The notes under the pieces: generated by a model
Database searches by the model: none
Told to the model about the DNA's origin: nothing
Seen by the model: only the letters and a program-made list of their open reading frames with translations
Assembly: GCA_963675785.1 (NCBI GenBank)
Contig: OY776562.1
Location: forward strand, 512,001 to 576,000
Direction: 5' to 3'
Origin: Anaerolineae bacterium
GTDB lineage: Bacteria; Chloroflexota; Anaerolineae; UBA1429
Length of the DNA stretch: 64,000 bases
Translations under genes and position numbers: made by a program
Shown: positions 37,143 through 46,748 of the stretch, piece after piece
Layout: every line of letters starts with the position of its first letter
How positions within the stretch are numbered: the stretch's first letter is position 1

Positions 37143-37925
37143 ATGGCAGGAATTATCACACTCATCACAGATTTTGGCACAGTTGACGGCTATGTGGGGG
37201 CACTAAAAGGTGCCATCGTTGCCGTCAACCCTCAGGTGAATCTGGTGGATATTACCCACGATATCCCAGCACAGGATATTGCTGGCGGTGCTTTTGCGCT
37301 GGGGAACTGCTGGCATGTCTTTCCAGAAGGTACGGTGCACGTGGTCGTGGTTGATCCAGGTGTGGGGACTGATCGCCGCCCTTTGGTTGTTTCAGCGGGC
37401 GGCCAATTCTTTGTTGCCCCCGATAATGGAGTTCTTACCCATGTTTTGCGCCAAGTGCGTGCGTTTGATGCCTACCAGATTGCAGATGAACGCTACTGGC
37501 GGCACCCGCTCAGCAACACCTTCCACGGACGTGATATCTTTTGCCCTGTGGCGGCACACCTGGTTTCGGGTCTGCCGCCCTGGCGCGTTGGCCCTGCCAT
37601 AGAGGACCTTGTCGAGTTGGCCTGGCCTACAGTCGTCCAGAATGCCAAAAAGATTGAGGGCCACGTGCAACACATTGATCGCTTTGGGAATATCATCAGT
37701 GATATTCCGGCGAATCGTTGTCCCGTCTCAAAGGCGAAATATGCTTCGGTTGGCGATCTGGATCAAGTCACTTTTGGCCTCACGTATGGAGAGACCGCGC
37801 CGGGCACCCCAATAGCGCTGGTTGGGAGCCACGGCTATATCGAAATCGGCATCTCATCAGCGAGCGCTGCACAAAGGACATGCACTAGAGTGGGCATGCC
37901 CTTTGTTGTCTACCTGGAGACGTAA
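37143..37925 (+). CDS. SAM hydroxide adenosyltransferase (DUF62, chlorinase/fluorinase family)
   Basis: LITDFG, VVDPGVGTDR, APDNG, TFHGRDIF, IDRFGN. Confidence 0.92.
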   Translation: MAGIITLITDFGTVDGYVGALKGAIVAVNPQVNLVDITHDIPAQDIAGGAFALGNCWHVFPEGTVHVVVVDPGVGTDRRPLVVSAGGQFFVAPDNGVLTHVLRQVRAFDAYQIADERYWRHPLSNTFHGRDIFCPVAAHLVSGLPPWRVGPAIEDLVELAWPTVVQNAKKIEGHVQHIDRFGNIISDIPANRCPVSKAKYASVGDLDQVTFGLTYGETAPGTPIALVGSHGYIEIGISSASAAQRTCTRVGMPFVVYLET

Positions 37926-37931
37926 AGGGCG

Positions 37932-38912
37932 CTACTGATTTAGATCACCAATCAAGTCGCCCAGTGACTCAAAGAAGGCGTTGTACTGCTCAATGCGTGC
38001 TTGCGTCTCGTCAACAAAGGCCTGCATTTCTTGCAGGGCTGCTGTAGTCTCGTCCAACTGCCCACTCAGGTCATCAATGGAGGCAGTGAGTTCTTCACGG
38101 GTATCGCTGAGGTCGCTTTGCAGGTTGCTCACCGTGATGCTCATGCTATCCAGCTCTGAACGGGCCGTGGTAACCATATCGGCGATCTGCCCCGTACGTT
38201 CATCAAGGGCGCTGACTCTATCCCAGCTCAATTCCGCATTAGTTTGCATGGTATTAAGGTTGTTGCTGAGGGCATTGAACTCGTCACGGCTTACTGGTTC
38301 GAGGCTTCCAAACCAAATTGACATGGCAACGAGCGAGAGAACCAGCCCAAATAACCCACCCAGTCCCACCAAGAGAATGTCGTGTCCCCAACTGCGGCGG
38401 GTAGGCGTCTCGGGTTGGGAAGTTTCTTTATTCTCTGCGGACGGTTCATTCGCCGCAGCCGTATCGGTGGTTTGGGGCTCTGTTTCGAGCTTGACTGCCT
38501 CATCAGGAATGGGGGCGGTCTCTATAGCGGCTGCTACCTCAGAGGGTGTTGTTTCTTCTGAGGCGGCATCTGGGTCGAGTTCAGCGATCACATCCTCGGG
38601 CACAAAGGTTTGCGAAACATCTGTGTCGCCACTGGAGCCAATGGTGACAGGTTCCAGTGCCCGGTCGTCATACTTTTCCGCATTGTCGGTGGTGAACATC
38701 GAATCCAGTTCGGCCTTGAATTCTATGATCTGATTGGGCCCAATGCCTTGAATCTCTTCTAGTTCATCCATGCTGGCGAACGGGCCGTTTTCAGTGCGAT
38801 AGTTGATAATGCGTCTTGCAAGAACAGGGCCGATTCCTGAGATATCGACCAGTTCTTCGAATGAAGCCTCGTTAAAGAAATCTGTATCGAACTCTAGTTT
38901 GCGTGTGCTCAT
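37932..38912 (-). CDS. ComEA-type helix-hairpin-helix protein with central TM and C-terminal coiled coil
   Basis: NEASFEELVDISGIGPVLARRIINYR..GPF.S..EL..IQGIGP, acidic linker, single TM, heptad tail; AAGGAGG SD. Confidence 0.8.
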   Translation of the reverse strand: MSTRKLEFDTDFFNEASFEELVDISGIGPVLARRIINYRTENGPFASMDELEEIQGIGPNQIIEFKAELDSMFTTDNAEKYDDRALEPVTIGSSGDTDVSQTFVPEDVIAELDPDAASEETTPSEVAAAIETAPIPDEAVKLETEPQTTDTAAANEPSAENKETSQPETPTRRSWGHDILLVGLGGLFGLVLSLVAMSIWFGSLEPVSRDEFNALSNNLNTMQTNAELSWDRVSALDERTGQIADMVTTARSELDSMSITVSNLQSDLSDTREELTASIDDLSGQLDETTAALQEMQAFVDETQARIEQYNAFFESLGDLIGDLNQ

Positions 38913-39130
38913 TCGCTCAACCTCCTTTGTATTTCTGCGCTTGGCCTGCTATTTTGCACGGATAAGCGCTTTCTCCTTTGATTATATCACAGGAACTCTA
39001 CACCCCAAGCGCTCTAACGTTGTTTCTCATAATACGTTTTACATTCGATCATGCTTCGTGTATGGTGTGGCATGCTTGCCAAATGAACATGTCCATTTGG
39101 CCTATACAAGTCGGGCTCGTAAAGGAGAAT

Positions 39131-40474
39131 ATGGTTGCAAGAATTCGACCAGCGCGTGATCTCACCAAGGAGTCCGTCTCCAGGCTGCTGTTATCGCTTT
39201 CTATTCCGACGACGATACAGTGGGTGCTTTCTACGGGCAGCGGGCTCGTTCTAGCCTGGTGGCTGGGGCAGCTTGGCCGTACAGCACTTGCCTCATCTGC
39301 GGCTGCAACGGCGCTGCAATTGGTCATCATCAGCCCGATGATGGGTCTCTCTTCGGGAGGGCAAGCTATCGCCGGGCGGTTCCTTGGCGCGGGCGAAACG
39401 GAACAGGCTGATCGAACTGTTGCGCAGTGTATGCTGCTTTTGCTGGTTATGGTCAGCATTTGCTCCGTGATTGGCCTGTTGGGAGCTGAGACATTTCTTG
39501 GTTGGATGGGCTATGAGGGCGCAGTGTTGGAAGAGGCCATTATCTATAGCAAAGTTGTCTTTTCTGGCTTGTTGGTTCTGGAGATGCTGCCTTCAATGAA
39601 TGGCGTGATCCTTGCTGCCGGCCGACCACTGTACACAATGCTCATGTATGGCATTCAACTTGGTGCTACAGCTGCCCTTATGCCCTTACTGGTGCCCGCG
39701 CGAGGCATCCAAGGGGCGGCGCTTGCTGTTGTATTGGGCAGCGCTGCCGCGGTCATTGCCCAGCTCGTCATTCTGTTTGGTGGTTTTGCCGGCATGAAAT
39801 TGCGTCTGCGAGACATGGCGCCTGATTGGCTCCTCATGAGGCGCATTCTGGGTATTGCCATTCCCACTTCGGCCCAGCGTTTTGTCCCCAACATTCGAGA
39901 GGCCGTACTGGTTGCCCTTGTTACAGCCCTTGGGGATATTCCTCTAGCAGCGTTCGGCCTGCTTTGGCGCATTATGAGTTTTACCCTGGCACCGGCTTAT
40001 GGTCTTTCGGGGCCTGCCGCTTCGTTGGTGGGGCAGAATATTGGTGCCTGTTATCCCAATCGGGCCGCCAAGGCTGCCAATCTATCCACGATTCTGGCTA
40101 TTATTGCTACGGCGTTGCTTCAGCTCTTGCTCATCTTGTTCCCTGAGGCCATTTTGGGTTACTTTACCTCTGAAACAGTGACGATCGAGGCAGCCCGTGC
40201 TGTTCTGCCGTTCAGTCTGTTGATTGCCGTTGGACACGGTTGGAACAGGGTGATGGCCACTGTGCTTTCAGCTGCTGCTGATGCGACGGCTAATCTCGTA
40301 CTGACGACGATAAGTGTCGTCGGGCTCCAACTGGGCTTGGCCTGGCTCTTTTCGCAGCCACTGGGCTGGGGAGTACAGGGATTGTGGTTGGGCGCAGCCA
40401 TTGGGGCAATTGCCAGCGGTGTTTTTCTTAGTCTTCGTTTTGCCCAGGACAAGTGGCGAGACTGTTTTATCTGA
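39131..40474 (+). CDS. MATE family efflux transporter
   Basis: DLT..S..RLLLSLSIP, RFLGAG, GIQGAALA, VGQNIGA; ~12 TM. ATG at 39131 after AAGGAG. Confidence 0.88.
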   Translation: MVARIRPARDLTKESVSRLLLSLSIPTTIQWVLSTGSGLVLAWWLGQLGRTALASSAAATALQLVIISPMMGLSSGGQAIAGRFLGAGETEQADRTVAQCMLLLLVMVSICSVIGLLGAETFLGWMGYEGAVLEEAIIYSKVVFSGLLVLEMLPSMNGVILAAGRPLYTMLMYGIQLGATAALMPLLVPARGIQGAALAVVLGSAAAVIAQLVILFGGFAGMKLRLRDMAPDWLLMRRILGIAIPTSAQRFVPNIREAVLVALVTALGDIPLAAFGLLWRIMSFTLAPAYGLSGPAASLVGQNIGACYPNRAAKAANLSTILAIIATALLQLLLILFPEAILGYFTSETVTIEAARAVLPFSLLIAVGHGWNRVMATVLSAAADATANLVLTTISVVGLQLGLAWLFSQPLGWGVQGLWLGAAIGAIASGVFLSLRFAQDKWRDCFI

Positions 40475-41354
40475 GTTCTTTGGTAAACGTCCAGTAAGCG
40501 CGATGTAGTTTGGCCCCCAGCGCTCGGGCGTAATAGGCAACAGGCCCCACCCAGACGATTTCGCAGGCTGTATCTCCACGGGTAGCCATATCCTGCATGC
40601 ACATGCGCATGAGTGTGCTGCCCAGTCCTTGTCCCCTCATGTCAGGGTGCGTCCCCGTCGGGCCAAATCTGCGCGGCCCGGTCACATCGTAGACTGCAAA
40701 AGAGACAATCGCCGAGTCTTTGATTGCCAGAAACAGGGGAATTACCTCCCGATCAAAGGCAGATCCGGATTCCTGCACCCAATCCTTGCCAAAGTGGGCC
40801 CCCACAAATTCTTTGAGCGCTTTTCGATCTTGTGGCAGCGCACGACGAATCTCAAATTTTCGCTCTTTTAGCGCGTCTAGCGAAACAATAGTATTCGCCG
40901 ATTGGGTCAGGTCGACAAGCATGTCAACGCGGGCGACCCGCTCAGTTTTGTAGCCGCGCTGCATCAGCAGGGTGATGGCAGGTGTGCGCGTGAGTTCAAC
41001 GCCGGGGAACAACCAGCCCGGAGCGATGCCATCGACGGCAAGGCGTGTAGCACCCTCGTCAGCCAACCTCTTTTCTAGCTCGTCCAGCAGAGCCGAGGCA
41101 ATGCCTTTTCTCCTATACTCGGTTTTGACGCCAAACAGCCTCAAAATGCCCAATTCATCACGTCGTGCGCCAAAACCAAAGCCCACCAGTTCGTCGTGCT
41201 CATGAGCCACCAGACACAGAGAGGCGTGTGAGTCAAAGGCATCGAGGGTGGCGTGGGCGAGCGACGGCTCGTTATCGATTGGCTGCATCTGCATATCACG
41301 GGTAAGGGCTGTAATAGCGGCAAGATCGGCACGTGTCAGTTCCGATATCTTCAT
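40467..41354 (-). CDS. Tandem GNAT family acetyltransferase
   Basis: Two acetyl-CoA motifs: YRRKGIA and MRGQGLG (FGPTGT). Confidence 0.87.
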   Translation of the reverse strand: MKISELTRADLAAITALTRDMQMQPIDNEPSLAHATLDAFDSHASLCLVAHEHDELVGFGFGARRDELGILRLFGVKTEYRRKGIASALLDELEKRLADEGATRLAVDGIAPGWLFPGVELTRTPAITLLMQRGYKTERVARVDMLVDLTQSANTIVSLDALKERKFEIRRALPQDRKALKEFVGAHFGKDWVQESGSAFDREVIPLFLAIKDSAIVSFAVYDVTGPRRFGPTGTHPDMRGQGLGSTLMRMCMQDMATRGDTACEIVWVGPVAYYARALGAKLHRAYWTFTKELR

Positions 41355-41370
41355 GGCGAACTCCTATGCG

Positions 41371-41400
41371 ATTCGAGCTGCCCTATTGGGCAGCTCGAAT
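41371..41400. repeat. Perfect 13-bp inverted repeat, intergenic
   Basis: ATTCGAGCTGCCC-TATT-GGGCAGCTCGAAT. No U-tract immediately after it in the direction of transcription. Confidence 0.75.
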
Positions 41401-41421
41401 AAACATATTAGCAAGTACAAA

Positions 41422-44199
41422 TCAGGCAGCCTCTTGCGCCGGTTCAACTCTTTTTCGATTCTTGAAGAACTTGAACGTCTCAACTGAGATAAAGATGATG
41501 AGGCTGAGCGCAAGAGAAACGCCAAATTGCTCCAGCGTGAGGGCTGTTGTGTGAAAGAGGTTCTGCAGGAATGGGACATAGATGACGGCTAGCTGGACAA
41601 GAAAGCCAGAGATGACGGCCAGAACCATGGAGGGATTGCTAAAGAGTCCAAGCTGCCCCAGCGTCTTGGTTTCTGAGCGAACGGCTAGTGCGTTACCAAG
41701 CTGGGAGAGGCAAAGCGTGGTGAACACCATGGTCTGTGCTATAGCGTGGTTTTGATCGCTCAAGACGTTATAGCCCAAGTGTAGGGCCAACATGCATACC
41801 GAACCCAACAGGAGGCCGATGACAATAATATACGTGCCGAGCCCGCGCGCCATCACACTTTCATCCGGCTTGTGGGGTGGGCGATCCATAACGTCGGCTG
41901 ATGTAGGTTCAACGCCCAAAGCCAGGGCAGGCAAGCCGTCGGTGATTAGGTTGATCCACAATAGCTGCAGAGCCGTAAGGGGTATACCAAAGCCTAGCAG
42001 CGGCGCCATCATCATGATAAATATTTCGCCAACGTTAGAGGAAATGATATAGCGCACAAAGCGGCGGATGTTCTCATAGATGGTGCGGCCTTCTTCGATG
42101 GCATTGACGATGGTAGCAAAGTTGTCGTCCAGCAAAACCATATCGGCAGCTTCTTTGCTCACATCGGTGCCGGTGATGCCCATGGCAATGCCAATATCAG
42201 CACGCTTGAGGGCGGGTGCATCATTCACGCCGTCGCCCGTCATCGCCACAAAGTGGCCCTTGTCTTTCAATGCTTCGACAAGTTTGACCTTGTGTTCGGG
42301 GCTGACGCGTGCGTACACAGAAACATGCTCAACAATGGATTCGAGTTCTTCAACGCTCATCTCAGAGAGTTGTACGCCGGTAATGACTTGCTGTGTGTCA
42401 TCTCCCGAGAGGATGCCGAGCTGTTTGGCAATATGCAGCGCCGTAAAGGGATGGTCGCCGGTGATCATTACCGGTCGAATGCCGGCTCTCTTGCATTCAA
42501 CTACAGCTTCTTTTACCTCGGGGCGCGGCGGATCGATCATGCCGGTCATGCCGACAAAGATCAGATTGCGTTCTAGTGTTTCTTCGCTTTGTTCCTTGGG
42601 GAGTTCATCGAGGGGCGCAAAGGCCGCACCAAGGACGCGCATACCATCTTTGGCCAGATTGTCGTTGGCCACTTCAATGCGCCATCCCCATTCTTTTGTC
42701 AGTGGTTCGATGGAGCCGTTAGCCCAAACGCGATCACACACGGACAAAAGTTCAGTAACAGATCCCTTGGCAAAGGCGACATAGGGCGCCCGCGGAAAAA
42801 GCTCAACCAGGCCTGCGGCTGCGCCGTCGCTGTTTTCAGCGGGGGGCAGCTTGTGCACCGTGGTCATGCGTTTGCGTTCAGAGGTAAAAGGCACTTCGGC
42901 TACGCGCGGCATTTGCTTTTCAATGCCAGTTTTATCAAGACCGATAGATGCTGCGGCTACAACAAGCGCTCCCTCGGTTGGGTCGCCGATGGCGATATAT
43001 CTATCGCCATCTCCATTCTCATCCAGTTCTAGGCGGGCATCGTTGCAGAGTGAAGCTGCGCCCAGCAAGAGTGCGAAATCAGATTCGGCGATGATTTTGC
43101 CGATGCCGTTGACCCGAATGGATGGCTGTGACTTTTTCAGAAGCTGATCAAAGGAGATCGAATCACCAGCGATATCCAGTGCGGTCACGGTCATGCGGTT
43201 CTGGGTAAGCGTGCCGGTTTTGTCAGAACAGATAGTGGTGACGGACCCCAGTGTCTCAACGGCTGGCAGTTTGCGGATGAGCGCCTGTCGGCGAACCATG
43301 CGCTGAGCGCCGAGCGCCAGGGCAATGGTAACCACTGCGGGGAGACCCTCGGGCACTGCGGCAACAGCCAGGCTAATAGCTGTGAGTAGCATTTCTTCGA
43401 CGGGATTGCCTTGTAAAAGGCCCTCGAGGAAGACAAGCGCACAAATGGCTAATGCGCCAATGGCCAGCCATTTGCCGAGTTCGGCCATACGTTTTTGCAG
43501 GGGAGTACGCTCTCCGGTAACCTCTTGGAGCATGGTGGCAATGTTGCCCAGCTCTGTGCTCATGCCCGTTTCGACGATCACCGCCTGCCCGCGCCCGTAG
43601 ACGATGGTAGTTCCAGCATAGACGAGATTAGTGCGATCGCCCAGAGCGGCACCTTCATCTTCGACTTTGGCGATGCTCTTATCTACCGGTACAGACTCGC
43701 CGGTAAGGGCTGCCTCTTCGGCGCGAAGGTTGGCAGATTCGATCAGACGTGCATCAGCGGGAACGCGCAGCCCGGCTTCCAGGATGACGATATCGCCGGG
43801 GACCAAAGAGATGGACTCTATTTCTTGCAGTTTACCGTCGCGAAAGGCGTGAACGCGAGGCACAGCCAAACGCTGCAGCGCCTCCATGGCCCGTTCAGCG
43901 CGATATTCTTGTGTGAATCCCAGTATTGCGTTGAGGATGACAATGATGAGAATCATAATAGCATCGGCCATTTCGCCCACGGCGAACGAAATTGCTGCTG
44001 CTATCAACAGCACAATGACCATGATCTCGGTGAATTGGGAAAGGAAGATGAGAACAGGACTCTTGCCCTTTTTGCGTTCGAGTTCGTTGGGGCCAAACTT
44101 GGCGAGCCGTTCAATCGCTTGCTGTGTGGAGAGTCCTACAGGGCTCGTATCTAGCTCTCTTAGGGTTGCCTCTACAGACTTGGTGTGCCACGTAGACAT
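41422..44199 (-). CDS. Cation-translocating P-type ATPase (P2A, Ca2+-type)
   Basis: [38 protein letters not shown]. Confidence 0.95.
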   Translation of the reverse strand: MSTWHTKSVEATLRELDTSPVGLSTQQAIERLAKFGPNELERKKGKSPVLIFLSQFTEIMVIVLLIAAAISFAVGEMADAIMILIIVILNAILGFTQEYRAERAMEALQRLAVPRVHAFRDGKLQEIESISLVPGDIVILEAGLRVPADARLIESANLRAEEAALTGESVPVDKSIAKVEDEGAALGDRTNLVYAGTTIVYGRGQAVIVETGMSTELGNIATMLQEVTGERTPLQKRMAELGKWLAIGALAICALVFLEGLLQGNPVEEMLLTAISLAVAAVPEGLPAVVTIALALGAQRMVRRQALIRKLPAVETLGSVTTICSDKTGTLTQNRMTVTALDIAGDSISFDQLLKKSQPSIRVNGIGKIIAESDFALLLGAASLCNDARLELDENGDGDRYIAIGDPTEGALVVAAASIGLDKTGIEKQMPRVAEVPFTSERKRMTTVHKLPPAENSDGAAAGLVELFPRAPYVAFAKGSVTELLSVCDRVWANGSIEPLTKEWGWRIEVANDNLAKDGMRVLGAAFAPLDELPKEQSEETLERNLIFVGMTGMIDPPRPEVKEAVVECKRAGIRPVMITGDHPFTALHIAKQLGILSGDDTQQVITGVQLSEMSVEELESIVEHVSVYARVSPEHKVKLVEALKDKGHFVAMTGDGVNDAPALKRADIGIAMGITGTDVSKEAADMVLLDDNFATIVNAIEEGRTIYENIRRFVRYIISSNVGEIFIMMMAPLLGFGIPLTALQLLWINLITDGLPALALGVEPTSADVMDRPPHKPDESVMARGLGTYIIVIGLLLGSVCMLALHLGYNVLSDQNHAIAQTMVFTTLCLSQLGNALAVRSETKTLGQLGLFSNPSMVLAVISGFLVQLAVIYVPFLQNLFHTTALTLEQFGVSLALSLIIFISVETFKFFKNRKRVEPAQEAA

Positions 44200-44351
44200 C
44201 AGTCAAACCTGCGCTTTCATTGGGGGCGATAGGGAGCAACTATTGCCAGCTTGCTATAGATAATAAAAACATACAATACGACGGCCTTGTGTGCAAATCA
44301 TAAATCAACCAGTAATTTTCCACATGCAGGTTCGTATCAAGCAAGTAGTTT

Positions 44352-44379
44352 AGAGTCGCTTGTTCATACAAGCGACTCT
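44352..44379. terminator. 12-bp hairpin after the methyltransferase gene
   Basis: AGAGTCGCTTGT-TCAT-ACAAGCGACTCT, 17 nt after the stop. No U-tract. Confidence 0.55.
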
Positions 44380-44396
44380 GATGGCACAGCGAATGG

Positions 44397-45236
44397 TTAT
44401 TTATGGGCAAGGGTACAGATGGCAAGGTTGTCGTCGCTATAGCTCTGGCCCGCGATATTTCCCCAAAAGCTCGGGTTCTTAAAACCAGCACGTTCGAGGT
44501 CGGCTTGGAGTTCCTGAGTAGTAAAGCCATGATTCCAGATGTTATAGCACCTGACAGACTCTGCTTCGACGATTACATACTGTTGAACAATGGTTTCACT
44601 GCCAGTATATCTGTAGAACGAATAGAGGCAGGCATGAGGATTGGGACTCCAATAGCCGCCATTGCTATAGCTCCAGTTTGAGATTTCAGCATAGTCCTCG
44701 AATTGTTTGGGAGTGCAGACGTCAAAGATGAGTACCCCATTTGGTTTGAGGGCCTTGTGGATTTTACCAAGCAGGTTTTCTCTGTCCTGCTCGCTCAATA
44801 CCCCGAAATCACAATAGATTAGTGTGACCACATCGAATTCCTGGTCATAATCCATGTCGAGATAGTTTTGGCAAAGGTAGGTGATGGGCAACTCTTTTTC
44901 TTGAGCACTCTGTTTGGCGTAATCAATCGAACGTAGTGACATATCTATGCCAGTTACATCAAAGCCCTCCTCAGCAAAAAACTCTGCATAAATGCCGGGG
45001 CCACAACCTAGATCAAGCAGCCTGGGGCGCTGAATGGGGTTTGCCATGCTGGCGATCCAGCTGGCAGATTCATGGACAAAGGCCAGTTTTCTTGTGGCAG
45101 ATTCTAGATTGGGATCCAAGTGTGCTTTCAGCATCCCTTTGGAGATGTGCTCGTCATCCCAGAACTTGGCACTGCTTGGTGCATAGAGTTCTGGCTTTTG
45201 GCTCAAGAACTGCAAGAGTTTTCGGTTCGTCATCAT
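44397..45236 (-). CDS. Class I SAM-dependent methyltransferase
   Basis: FWDDEHISKGMLKAHL, LLDLGCGPG, TGID, LKPNGVLIFD. ATG at 45236/45233; the track's extension runs through leader hairpins. Confidence 0.9.
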   Translation of the reverse strand: MMTNRKLLQFLSQKPELYAPSSAKFWDDEHISKGMLKAHLDPNLESATRKLAFVHESASWIASMANPIQRPRLLDLGCGPGIYAEFFAEEGFDVTGIDMSLRSIDYAKQSAQEKELPITYLCQNYLDMDYDQEFDVVTLIYCDFGVLSEQDRENLLGKIHKALKPNGVLIFDVCTPKQFEDYAEISNWSYSNGGYWSPNPHACLYSFYRYTGSETIVQQYVIVEAESVRCYNIWNHGFTTQELQADLERAGFKNPSFWGNIAGQSYSDDNLAICTLAHK

Positions 45237-45277
45237 TTGTTTTTCCTGTCTCTGTATTGCCTTGGCACCAAGGCAAT

Positions 45278-45305
45278 AAAAAAGCTGTGGAATATTCCAC
45301 AGCTT
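45278..45305 (-). terminator. Leader terminator upstream of methyltransferase
   Basis: Perfect 24-bp palindrome AAGCTGTGGAATATTCCACAGCTT running into a T tract on the minus strand. Confidence 0.7.
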
Positions 45306-45493
45306 GATCGCTGGAGCGCGAAAAGTGCGGAATGTGACCAAAAAACACAATTGCACGAAAAGACCGCCAAGCGACGGCTGGACTTTGCGTTGAATTATGT
45401 TTTCTAATCAGTTCCACAGCACACGCACATTACTGATTGTGTAATGTCAAGTGAGTCGGATTGCGTTACTCCTCATTGCTAACAATATAGGCG

Positions 45494-45522
45494 ACTATAG
45501 AGATAGCGCTCGCTTTTGTCAA
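45494..45522 (-). promoter_or_regulatory. Sigma70 promoter of methyltransferase (long leader)
   Basis: Minus strand TTGACA, 17 nt, TATAGT. Confidence 0.75.
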
Positions 45523-45597
45523 TAGCCCAAGCGGCAACAGGCGCAGTAGTAGGTTATTTGTAGTGCGAGCATGGCTTTTTACCGAGAGGAGCAGGTC

Positions 45598-45626
45598 TTG
45601 ACGATGTGCTATGCGAGACCTAGAAT
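45598..45626 (+). promoter_or_regulatory. Sigma70 promoter of pfkA
   Basis: TTGACG, 17 nt, TAGAAT. Confidence 0.7.
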
Positions 45627-45681
45627 GATGACCATTGTGTGGTTACATACCCAGCGATGTGATACTGGAGGACATAGTTTC

Positions 45682-46653
45682 ATGAAGCGTATAGCAGTGT
45701 TAACCAGCGGCGGCGATGCCCCCGGAATGAACGCAGCCATTCGTGCTGTGGTTCGAACGGGCCTGGATCAGGGTTATGAGGTTTATGGCGTGAGCCACGG
45801 TTACCAAGGATTGATCGACGATGATATGAATTTTCTCTCACGTCGGGATGTGGGCGGCATTATGCAGTTGGGAGGTACAGTGCTCGGTAGTGCCCGCTGC
45901 CTGGAATTTGAGACTGTTGAGGGACGCAAAAAGGCCATCGCTAATCTTGAAGCGCGCGGCATTGAGGCGTTGGTGGTGATTGGCGGCAACGGTAGTCAGA
46001 CGGGTTCGCACGCACTGTATACTACGGGTTTCCCCGTCGTAGGTGTGGCCTCGACGATTGATAATGACCTCGAAGGCACCGATGTTACCATTGGTGTGGA
46101 TACAGCTATCAACGTTGCTCTGGAAGCCATTGACCGGCTCAAGGTAACAGCTGCCTCACACCGCCGGGCCTTTTTGATCGAGGTGATGGGCCGCCGTTGT
46201 GGTTACGTAGCGCTCAAGGCGGGTATTGCTGGTGGGGCCGAAGTTGTCGTCATTCCCGAACGCGAGATTTCGCCGGAAGAAGTGGCACGTCAGCTTCGCG
46301 ATGCTTATGATCGAGGCAAGACCCATGCCATGGTGGTGGTAGCAGAGGGTGCAGTGAACAATGCCCAGGCCCTGATAGACCATTTCGAGAAAAATCAAGA
46401 GGCAACGGGCTTTCGCCTTCGAGCAACGATCCTGGGACACGTGCAGCGCGGCGCAGCTCCTACGGCCGCTGACAGAATGTTGGGCACGAGGCTGGGCGAG
46501 GGAGCTGTGCTCGCTTTGACCCGCGGTGAAGAAGACGTGTTGACAGGTTTGCGCGGCAATGAGGTTGTGACAACGCCGCTGATTGAAGTGGCCGGCAAGC
46601 AAAAGCCAATTGATTTGGAATTGTTTGAGCTCGCGCGAATTATGGCTCAATAA
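45682..46653 (+). CDS. pfkA: ATP-dependent 6-phosphofructokinase
   Basis: MKRIAVLTSGGDAPGMNAA, GGTVLGSAR, GGNGS, TIDND, EVMGR, LGHVQRG; GGAGG SD. Confidence 0.95.
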   Translation: MKRIAVLTSGGDAPGMNAAIRAVVRTGLDQGYEVYGVSHGYQGLIDDDMNFLSRRDVGGIMQLGGTVLGSARCLEFETVEGRKKAIANLEARGIEALVVIGGNGSQTGSHALYTTGFPVVGVASTIDNDLEGTDVTIGVDTAINVALEAIDRLKVTAASHRRAFLIEVMGRRCGYVALKAGIAGGAEVVVIPEREISPEEVARQLRDAYDRGKTHAMVVVAEGAVNNAQALIDHFEKNQEATGFRLRATILGHVQRGAAPTAADRMLGTRLGEGAVLALTRGEEDVLTGLRGNEVVTTPLIEVAGKQKPIDLELFELARIMAQ

Positions 46654-46705
46654 TCTGTTTGCGAGACGGGGCTTGTTCCGCGGGATGAGTCTTATGACGC
46701 GTATG

Positions 46706-46736
46706 ATCCCCGGCCGTAGGGTCGGGGATTTTCTTT
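46706..46736 (+). terminator. Intrinsic terminator after pfkA
   Basis: ATCCCCGGCC-GTAG-GGTCGGGGAT followed by TTTCTTT. Confidence 0.75.
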
Positions 46737-46748
46737 AGAAAGGTTACT

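Noticed and set aside
37143-37925. Fluorinase/chlorinase (halogenase) assignment
   Set aside because: Retains Asp/Arg/His-type motifs (DPGVG..R, FHGRD) of DUF62 SAM hydrolases, with no halometabolite cluster nearby.
44200-44350. Possible yybP-ykoY (Mn2+) riboswitch before the P-type ATPase
   Set aside because: The conserved GGGGAGUAG/GAGACC-type elements are not visible on the coding strand.
45237-45356. N-terminal extensions in the ORF track (methyltransferase; likewise uxaC, pfkA, MATE, nitrilase fusion, UroD-like, ABC ATPase)
   Set aside because: The extensions cross promoters, hairpins or neighbouring genes; downstream starts match family N-termini and mostly have SD sequences.
45445-45450. 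Second TTGACA on the minus strand within the methyltransferase leader
   Set aside because: No plausible -10 at 16-18 nt spacing.
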